A stretch of 13,055 nt of DNA. Origin: Amoeboradix gromovi X-113 (taxonomy: Eukaryota > Fungi > Sanchytriomycota). The DNA lies in the NCBI GenBank assembly GCA_018985225.1, contig JADGIF010000241.1, positions 1-13,055 on the forward strand, written 5' to 3'. The notes under the pieces are model-generated. The model was not told the DNA's origin. It was given only the letters and a program-made list of their open reading frames with translations, and did not search any database. Made by a program: the position numbers and the translations under genes. This document shows, one piece after another, positions 1 to 7,840 of the stretch; the stretch's first letter is position 1, and every line of letters begins with the position of its first letter.

Positions 1-413
1 CATTTGCGAAAAGGAAGAATATCGAGTGTTTAAGCTATTAGAAAAATCTGGAAAAGTCTTGAAATGATACAAAAATATATACAAACTCGCGATAAATGAT
101 TTATTCAAGAAAATAGTCAAGCTGCTTCAATATCAATCGAGAAGCATGTTGACCAATTGCAAGAATTAAGACAGAAAATGAAACTGGTTATCGGTTGAGA
201 TATTCCAGCATAAGCTCAAGTGCTAATTAGTCAAGCTGTTTTGAAATGGACACCGACAGTGCATTTTTCATATTGAAAAAGGCTTAATGGTATATTACGG
301 GACTGACACGTCTTTTCAGGAGGTCTTTCGACTAAGAGTTGCGCAATCTACTCTGCTACGAAATGTGACCATGTGTAACATTAGTTTGATTGAAAGATGT
401 TCTATCTGTGAAA

Positions 414-417
414 GGGG
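414..417 (+). promoter_or_regulatory. Start-proximal GGGG motif (RING gene)
   Basis: aaaGGGGaataATG; a similar run precedes four other genes in the window. Confidence 0.45.
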
Positions 418-421
418 AATA

Positions 422-1342
422 ATGCTAACATTCATTATTCTAATTTATGCACATATTTTTCTAAGAGTGTCTCGTAAAGACAGTCGTGAGAATATTCTAC
501 AAAAATTTCAGCTGGTGGATTCCTTGGATCAGTTAAAACCTTTTTTAAATCTATACAAAAGTAATTCGGAATTTGCATGTTTGCAAAACAAGAAAATGAA
601 CAAATCCTGTTTGGACTTCTACATCCATTACTTTGGCCTTTTTGGCAGTTCCATCCATTTTAATGAAGAGTTGGCCAAACTTCTTCGCAGTTCTCATATG
701 TACTCCCTAGAAGCAATGTTATTTATGATTGTCAAGTGCACACGCGACGACAACCCACTATTGCTTTATCGTATCGAGAGGTATATTTCAATGAATAGCA
801 AATCCCAAGATTCCTCAAAATCTAGAGAAGGTCTTACACTCTCTAAATTTGAGAATATGCCTGAGTGGGCTACTGAATACAGTGACTTTTCTGAAGATAT
901 TCTTATTTTCGCTCTCCGGTCTAATAGTTTTAAAATTTTTATGATTTATTATGAGATTTTAAATATGGCATTGGAAGTGAATTTTTCATCACTCTTACTT
1001 GAGTTGGCAAAAAAGAATGACCTAACTTATACAGCAGCAGCATTCAAAATCATTTCAAAAACGAGCATTGATTCTGTAAAGAGTACTGTTGTTGCCTATG
1101 ATAACGATTTGAGTAGCTGGATTAAATTAATACTAAACAACGAGTATTCTTGCAGAATTTGTCTAGAAGCTATAGAGTATAAGTTTAACATAATAATACT
1201 TCCTTGCGGCCATGCTTACCATTATTCATGCATCACCACTTGGGAGCTCACAAATCCGAAGCCCATAAATTGTTTAGTTTGCAAGCAGGAATATCATCCA
1301 TTTGACTTGCAGATTTATAAAGTGGAACAAGAAACCCGCTAA
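422..1342 (+). CDS. RING-H2 zinc-finger protein (putative E3 ubiquitin ligase) with probable N-terminal signal peptide
   Basis: C-terminal C-x2-C-x14-C-x-H-x2-H-x2-C-x13-C-x2-C (CRIC...PCGHAYHYSCITTW...CLVC, nt 1151-1282) with the conserved Trp. The ORF is open from 287, but ATG 422 (MLTFIILIYAHIFL) begins a hydrophobic leader and follows GGGG at 414-417, so I prefer it as the start. Confidence 0.85.
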   Translation: MLTFIILIYAHIFLRVSRKDSRENILQKFQLVDSLDQLKPFLNLYKSNSEFACLQNKKMNKSCLDFYIHYFGLFGSSIHFNEELAKLLRSSHMYSLEAMLFMIVKCTRDDNPLLLYRIERYISMNSKSQDSSKSREGLTLSKFENMPEWATEYSDFSEDILIFALRSNSFKIFMIYYEILNMALEVNFSSLLLELAKKNDLTYTAAAFKIISKTSIDSVKSTVVAYDNDLSSWIKLILNNEYSCRICLEAIEYKFNIIILPCGHAYHYSCITTWELTNPKPINCLVCKQEYHPFDLQIYKVEQETR

Positions 1343-2588
1343 AGCGTTGCAACGTCTTTCTGGCTGCCATTTTTCTATTTAAAACAAAATTGGATCACAC
1401 AATCGTACCTGGCATTTTGGTATTCTACATCTTTAATTCTATTTAGCAAGCACGCAAACAAACTTGTGCTTTCTTTTTTCGGCTAGTGTGAAAGAACAAA
1501 TCAGTGTTTATTAGTTATGCACTGCATTATCTACTCAGGTATTAAGCTCCAGATATTAATGCAAAATGAAATTTATCTTGAAATTAAACTTCAAGCTAGT
1601 TTGATCAACAGTTCTAATGTCGGAGTGAGCAAGTAGAATTTGAATGCTTGTGCCGGGGCCAAGTTTGTATCAATCTCAATTATAGTAAAATTCATAGATA
1701 TGATTATTAGGTTCTAAGTAGCATGGCTAAAAAGAATATATATTCACCAAAGACAAAACAATAGGTTTTTAGGATGCGGAAGAGGACCATGTGTTTATTA
1801 GAGTTAAGCATTTTATCTCCTATCCTGGTTTAGACCAAAATATACAGTAAATTAAATAGGGAAAACAATCTTGTTTTTTCAGCAGGAAAATGTTTCAAAA
1901 TTGTAGACCACACCTGATCAGCCTCAGACGCTTATCATATAAGTAAAGTACCCTTACTCAATCTGAATGCAAAGCCTAAGTTTTTTAACATGCACATACG
2001 ACTAAAGATTTTATTTTGACCGGCAGATTTAGTTTTACTTTCTCTGGATTTTCATGCATTTCCACTGCTGCAGGTTTAGCCTCAACTTATGCGAAATTTA
2101 TTAAGAATTTGAAAGTATAAATTTCCATTTAGCCACGTCACACTCTATTCTCATTAGACTGATGATAACGATAGCACTTATAATTGGTTTCACTGACAAT
2201 GCACAAAGCAAAATATCGAAATCATTAATTTACAAAGGTCGAAAAAGTAGCAAAAAACGATTCATTTCAATTAAAAACTAGAGACTAAATAAATGTGTTA
2301 CCTTGTACAGACTAAATTGTGCTTCATTGACAGACCATCAGCTGCTGGAGATTGTCCACAAATATTCAATAATCTTTTGGCTTCGCGAATAAGCAAACCG
2401 ATGTGTTTTCTCGATTCCCAGCAAAAACTAATTTCTCATAAGTATCACGATTTCCTTGCTATCTGGCATGTTGGATAATCGCTATTTAACTATCAATGCA
2501 GCACAATCTATTTGGGAAATGTGCGATAAATTGCGGGTATAATAATTTTATCAATGTCGCCAAATGATCACCGTGTTTCTGACTTATT

Positions 2589-2779
2589 GGACACCAAAAT
2601 ATAAAAACTAGACCAAGCCGTTTTTAAAGGAGGTGCTCCATAAAGAGGAAATTAATAAAAGTTTTTCCTCTTTCATTAACGTCATTCCTCTCTTTAAAAT
2701 AAAACAAGATGGCCCGGTATCTCTTGCAAGTATATAAGACTGCTTCAGAAGTTAGTCTAGTTTTTATATTTGGTGTCCC
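2589..2779. mobile_element. MITE-like/foldback element, copy 1 (shorter, ~191 bp)
   Basis: Inverted termini GGACACCAAAATATAAAAACTAGAC (2589-2613) and GTCTAGTTTTTATATTTGGTGTCC(C) (2755-2779). Interior is colinear with 7533-7816. No ORF and no clear target-site duplication. Confidence 0.75.
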
Positions 2780-2963
2780 TTTTGTTTTTGTGCTGTAACA
2801 CAAGAGTAATTTGATAGAAATACAACTAGTGTATGGGGTGCAACTTATATTCCAAACCCAGCTCTATTTATAAATAGTATCAAGCAGTATCTTTAAGCAA
2901 TGGTTCCTTATATGGTTAATATCAGAAGCACTAATTTATTTAATAAAAGTGCAGCAGAATTAC

Positions 2964-3899
2964 TTAAATCCCTGAACTTATTACCGATAATGCGAAAATT
3001 GGAAAAACCACAAAAGCAACACCCAAACCCAAACCTGCTAACCATGCATTCTTTGTTTTATCTAAGGCTTTGAATTGATTGTCTAAATCCTTACATACTA
3101 GGGATCCAACTTCTTCTGAACCCAGCTGTACCACTGTGCAGTAGTTTGCCGCAGCCTCGGCTTCCGAAAATTCACCTGTCCGTGGATTAAACAAATCCTC
3201 AATTTTGACAGTCCCAGAGTTATTGTTACCTTTGAGTCTGCGTACAACATTATTACACTTGCCAATCTCGAACAAGCATCTACTATCACTATTAACACTT
3301 TTAATTAAACCCTGAGTAGCCACATACTTGGAACAAGATATACCTAGTACAGCAGAGCTTGCTATTAAAGTGACTACCATAGCAAGCGTCTCTTTCCCAG
3401 AATTTTGTAGGTTATTGAAATATTTGCTTTGGAATCTTCTACGTTTTACTCTTTCTTGCCCGTGTTGTATGACAACAGGCAAAACTGGACTCCCTTTTTC
3501 CTTATCAGGAAGTATTCTTTTATGTAAATGGGGAACCTTCCGATAGAAAACACTTTGATCTACTGGTCGTGAAATATGCGCAAGAGCACTGCCACCACAT
3601 GTGGATGTAGAGCTATCCCCGGTCATGGAATCAGCCAATTGCAAAATTTCATTTGTGACTGATTGTGGCATCCAGCTTGGTGGAGCACCTACAAAAATAA
3701 ACACATCATAGAATAGTTTACGCATTCGACCATCTTAATCTTCATTTTCTGTACAAGAGGTTGAATCTTCATGGCACTTCATCAAACCCTCTAGATAGCC
3801 AGACACTTCTTCAACACTGAATCCTTGTCTTTTCACAAAATTTAGAACATCCGAATTTGAGACGCAAAATACAACACAAACTAAAAATAGCAAAAACAT
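2964..3899 (-). CDS. Uncharacterised secreted/membrane protein interrupted by one in-frame TAA (3735-3737); possible recent pseudogene
   Basis: ATG at 3899 is in frame with the 253-aa ORF (58 codons upstream). It reads MFLLFLVCVVFCVSNSDVLNFVKRQG...CTENED*DGRMRKLF, i.e. a signal peptide and then one stop. CCCC lies 14-17 nt upstream of this ATG. There are two hydrophobic segments (TLAMVVTLIASSAVLGI; AWLAGLGLGVAFVVFPIFALSVI) and a minus-strand AATAAA at 2935-2940. Confidence 0.7.
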
Positions 3900-3912
3900 T
3901 GTTGTTACTGTA

Positions 3913-3916
3913 GGGG
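3913..3916 (-). promoter_or_regulatory. Start-proximal CCCC motif
   Basis: Minus strand ttaaCCCCtacagtaacaacaATG, 14-17 nt before ATG 3899. Confidence 0.5.
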
Positions 3917-4170
3917 TTAAGTCGCGCTACTCCTTGACATGGTAGTAAGACTTCGGCTATGCGTTCATGTGCCCAAGAGAGAAAAGAATGTAATTTTAAG
4001 GAAATAAGGTGTACTTTTATGGCTTCTTAGGTCTTAGTAGTGTTAAAATGGTAGCTTCTGTATGTTCAAGAGAGCATCTCAGCTGCACTGTGTTACGTTA
4101 ATTGTAAACACTTGTTGCATTCTAAAAAAGAACTTGAGGAATTGCTGGAATGCAATACAACAAATTTTGA

Positions 4171-5185
4171 TTAAATTCTACTTATTTGTTTATTGTTATC
4201 AGATAATACAGGCTTTAGGCTCAGAAATTGCGGAAGTGGACACTTAACTTTAGTAGCTTCAAAATTGAGGAATGATAACCAAGAAATCTTTTCAACTCTT
4301 TTGTAATCAATACAAAGAATATCTTGCAATACTTTTCAGTACTAGAGGCTTAAAATGACAACAATTCACAGTTTTGTGGAGTTCTCTCTTATACATGCCC
4401 TATTCACATGGAAACAATATTTTTCATCAAATGGTCTTTGTTTAGTAGCATCTTTAGTGTAGTTTAGATGTAGTACACCCAAATAAGAGGGATTTTTGTA
4501 AAATGTACCGGTGAGACGCCAAGATTCTTTGTGTTCAGTGTCGACGATAATAACATCTAGCCAAACATTTTCATTGGTTTCAATTGCTGCACATAAAGCA
4601 GGAAATTGAACCAGACCATGGAAGACCAGGAATTGCAAATGTTCTTATCGCGTAGTTCTCTAACAAGATTTGCAATTCTGCGATTCGCATTAGCTCTGTT
4701 AAACATGTTGCATCGCCAGAGTGTGATTTCGGTTGTAATTGGTTTGCATTGAGTTGATTCCAATCTATCAATCGAAAGTTTTTTGATTTATTCGCCAAAT
4801 AATCGCTCTCGTGAAATTGTTTGAGAGAGCATTTCAGAGAAATGTTGAGTTGACTTGACAATAAACTACTCGAGATGTTGCTTTAATGGCACTCATTTTG
4901 TTACATTAACTGTTTTAAACAATCTGGTAGCCACATCTTCGCACTAATAATGGTGCACCTGGATGTGCCGGATTTAAGATGTTTTGAAAACTCTTGTGGT
5001 GTATTCAAGTAGATAATGACATAGTGAAAATCATTAAATCAATCTCCTCTACTCCTAAATGCATCGTGCATATATACGCAAGTATATGAGGTGCCTAATC
5101 CAGATAAATCCAAGTCAAAACTCGGGGCTAACTGAGACTGTCTCTCATTCGTCCTATTGATATCCGTTGTTTTGTGCCTTCTGTT
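4171..5185 (-). pseudogene. Probable decayed gene of unknown function (stops plus a frameshift)
   Basis: One minus frame runs ~200 codons (5185-4580) with only 3 internal stops (5039-5041, 4901-4903, 4883-4885). It overlaps a second frame (4638-4366) that continues through a few stops to 4171. No recognisable motif. Confidence 0.35.
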
Positions 5186-5318
5186 TTATGTGCAGACATA
5201 CGACTAGGCGCAGGACATTTCCAGTATTGATAGTAGCGCTTTTATCTGATGAAAACTTGGTACAACAATTTCCGTTTTCTCACAACTGTGTTGAGTTTCT
5301 TTAAAGTATTGCCAACAA

Positions 5319-5328
5319 GGGGAAAGGG
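5319..5328 (+). promoter_or_regulatory. Start-proximal GGGG(aaa)GGG motif
   Basis: aaGGGGaaaGGGctatacATG before 5335. Confidence 0.5.
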
Positions 5329-5334
5329 CTATAC

Positions 5335-7446
5335 ATGATTCTGTTTACTTTTCTTCTATTATGTACTACCACAATTGCACAGCAAATTTCACTTCAATCA
5401 GTGTTTGACGAGCTGATTCTCTTGGCAAGAGAAGAAAATTCGAATACCGATTCCACAACAAGGTTCTTAAGTTATGCAAGAAAAATTCTCAAAGAAAATG
5501 CAATTTCTTGTCCTAATACTGCGAAAAGTGCTGGAAGTGCTGGAATGCAACTTTTAGAGTATTGTGACGAGTTGGCAAGAGAGGTCAATGAGCCTAATCT
5601 TGTTGCCCAGTTTTTAGCAATAGTGAGCTTAAGATCAAACAGAAATTTAGATTATTTTTTTTCTCTTTATGAAAATTATTCGTTTTCATATTTGGCATAT
5701 ATGTGGCAATATTCACATCTCCATCAAGGTACCCCAGAAGCATTATCTTCAGTTGTACGCTTTCTTGATGAAAAAGAAGAAGCAGAAATTCTGGAATACT
5801 TCAATACTCCATCCTACTTTAAATATCAGAACATTCCAGATAACCTTAACTATCCTGAAATCCCAGACTTTAGAGCTTTTGTTGTTTATAGATATTGTGC
5901 AGAAAACTTTGCTAATTCATATCGTGTACCTAAAAGCAAAATAAAAACATGCGATGTGTTGACTAATGTGTTGGGAACTCCGTTTTTTCAAATGATAAAA
6001 GCAAGCGATTGGATTTATTTATTACGATTTTTTGTAGTCGTGAATTCATCTGGAGATGTCTCTGCGTTTTTTAAAATTATTATTCATAGTTTTAATTTTC
6101 TTGATGACGAGTACCACTTACCAAGGCACAAGTCTAGAAAGCTGGCTGACAATTTAATTGCAATTTTCTCTACTGATACTAATAAGGGTCCAAAATCAGG
6201 CTCGAATGGGATGGCTAAATTGATCTCACAGGTAGGAGTAAAGAGTCATAAATTGGTAGGATATTTACTACAATCTTCTTACAGTGAAGGCTTCGGAGAA
6301 TGTGAACAAGAGACTGACAGCTGTATGGTAGAATCGAGAAGCCCAAAAAATAGAGTAAACCATTTTGGGAGAAGATTCATTCAAGATCTGATACGCACCA
6401 CTGAAAGGGCTAACTCTGAATCTGCCAGTCGAAGGGCTTTCTTCGAAGTAATCAATGGCAATTCAAGCAAACATGGCAGTGAGTTTCAGATCTGTCAAAC
6501 TGTTACTAGCGCTCTAAGTTCAGAATTGGACGATAAAACCAAATCTTGTATCAAGCTAATCAATGCTATCACTGAACCAGCTTTTATTATTGAACTTTTA
6601 GATAACGCGATATTGACATCTCCATATGCTTTGCACCGTTTCTTCAATCTACCTACTAGATTGGGTAGAGATTATTCCGCTCAAAATGACCCAAATCACT
6701 TGGAAAATATTTACGGTCTTAGCTACTATTCTGGATTATGGCAGTATGCACATCTGTATAACGTGCACGACAACATAGATGTTTTAGACAGTCTTTTAAG
6801 AACCTGCGATGTATCCGGAATTTTAAATTTCATCAAATCGCCTCACAAATACGTAATCAAAACGTTACAAGATCGACTGAAATATCCTGAAGCACCTGAT
6901 TTTAGAACATTCGTCGTTTCTAAATACTGTCGCACCAGGATGCTGTTTGAATATGTTTGCAAAGAGATTACAAGAGTCTTGCAGTCACCCGGATTTGAGT
7001 ATCCAATTAAACCAAGGGATTGGATATTCTTCATGACTCATTATGATATTGATTTTCCTCAGGGATTGAACTTGTTTGATATCATATCAAAAAGTGTTGA
7101 TTTAGAAAGCTTGAGGAATGGACTTATCACAATCCCCCAAAATGATGATTTCAGATTGGCACATAACTTGATCAGTATGTTTATGACTACATATGGTGAT
7201 AAAAGCTTAAGTCATGAAACAATTTCAGCTAGCATGATAAATCTCAGAGATAAACTGGACATTTCTGAACATTCAGACTTCATTTTCTATTTAGCAAAGT
7301 ATTTGTATCTCAGCGGATCATTAGTTCTCTCGGAATCTAAAAATTATGACCCATCTGACCCAAGTTACAGACGACTGCTGATTAATGCTTATAAGACTAG
7401 CAATGCCAAGATCGTATCGGGCAATATAATATTTTGGGAGAGCTGA
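5335..7446 (+). CDS. Uncharacterised secreted protein with two internal ~345-aa repeats
   Basis: 703-aa ORF with signal peptide MILFTFLLLCTTTIA|QQ. Paired motifs: MWQYSHL/LWQYAHL, LNYPEIPDFRAFVVYRYC/LKYPEAPDFRTFVVSKYC, IKASDWIYLL/IKPRDWIFFM, KLADNLIAIF/RLAHNLISMF. AATAAA at 7453-7458. Confidence 0.9.
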   Translation: MILFTFLLLCTTTIAQQISLQSVFDELILLAREENSNTDSTTRFLSYARKILKENAISCPNTAKSAGSAGMQLLEYCDELAREVNEPNLVAQFLAIVSLRSNRNLDYFFSLYENYSFSYLAYMWQYSHLHQGTPEALSSVVRFLDEKEEAEILEYFNTPSYFKYQNIPDNLNYPEIPDFRAFVVYRYCAENFANSYRVPKSKIKTCDVLTNVLGTPFFQMIKASDWIYLLRFFVVVNSSGDVSAFFKIIIHSFNFLDDEYHLPRHKSRKLADNLIAIFSTDTNKGPKSGSNGMAKLISQVGVKSHKLVGYLLQSSYSEGFGECEQETDSCMVESRSPKNRVNHFGRRFIQDLIRTTERANSESASRRAFFEVINGNSSKHGSEFQICQTVTSALSSELDDKTKSCIKLINAITEPAFIIELLDNAILTSPYALHRFFNLPTRLGRDYSAQNDPNHLENIYGLSYYSGLWQYAHLYNVHDNIDVLDSLLRTCDVSGILNFIKSPHKYVIKTLQDRLKYPEAPDFRTFVVSKYCRTRMLFEYVCKEITRVLQSPGFEYPIKPRDWIFFMTHYDIDFPQGLNLFDIISKSVDLESLRNGLITIPQNDDFRLAHNLISMFMTTYGDKSLSHETISASMINLRDKLDISEHSDFIFYLAKYLYLSGSLVLSESKNYDPSDPSYRRLLINAYKTSNAKIVSGNIIFWES

Positions 7447-7532
7447 GGATATAATAAACCTTTATTTCATTCAAGTTTGCAGTCCCAGCTTGATCTTTAG
7501 AACAAAAATTATAATTTATTGCGTTTGTATTT

Positions 7533-7816
7533 GAGACATCAAATATAAAAACTAGACCAAGTCGTCTTTAAAGGAGGTACTCCATAAGAAGTAAATGCTA
7601 TTATTAGTAAAAGTCCTTCTTTCATTAATGTCATTCCACTCTTTATAATATAACAAGACGACCCACTATCTCTTTCAAATAAGGTCTTTGAGTGTCTAAG
7701 CAAAAGGTGCAACCAATAAGATTAATCTAGTTCAATTTACTATCGGTTAACACACAGTTGAAATAATCATTCAGACTGTATCAGAAAGTTAGTCTAGTTT
7801 TTATATTTGATGTCCC
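7533..7816. mobile_element. MITE-like/foldback element, copy 2 (longer, 284 bp)
   Basis: Inverted termini GAGACATCAAATATAAAAACTAGAC (7533-7557) and GTCTAGTTTTTATATTTGATGTCCC (7792-7816), 24/25 complementary. Same orientation as copy 1, with ~90 extra bp (about 7681-7772). Confidence 0.8.
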
Positions 7817-7840
7817 AGATGTTTTTGTAAATCAAGCCAC

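Noticed and set aside
1-198. Possible gene tail at the window start (…EKHVDQLQELRQKMKLVIG*)
   Set aside because: All + frames contain stops and nothing is recognisable; it cannot be judged without upstream sequence.
287-421. 45-aa N-terminal extension of the RING ORF
   Set aside because: It looks like incidental open frame; the hydrophobic leader and GGGG motif point to ATG 422. Not excluded.
1341-1359. Palindrome AAAG-CGTTGCAACG-T-CTTT right after the RING stop
   Set aside because: Single short occurrence with no loop; intrinsic terminators are not expected in a eukaryotic context.
1833-1845. GACCAAAATATA resembling part of the element TIR
   Set aside because: Only about 11 nt of AT-rich match, with no partner arm or interior homology.
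2293-2478. 61-aa ORF (also 4062-4247, 9068-9274, 9254-9445)
   Set aside because: Short, with no motifs or start-proximal G/C run; consistent with chance ORFs.
3735-3737. Stop-codon reassignment (TAA/TAG read as Gln, as in Amoeboaphelidium protococcarum or ciliates)
   Set aside because: The five intact genes have no internal stops over more than 2,300 codons, and PCCA ends in TAA exactly at its expected C-terminus.
5246-5252. CTGATGA hammerhead-core heptamer (also near 2159-2165)
   Set aside because: No stem II followed by GAAA and no stems I/III; the repeat element also lacks a CUGANGA/GAAA core on either strand.
7702-7712. AAAAGGTGCAA in element copy 2, matching the reverse strand near 12735-12745 and GGTGCAAC near 2837-2844
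   Set aside because: Matches of 8-11 nt without flanking similarity; compatible with chance.
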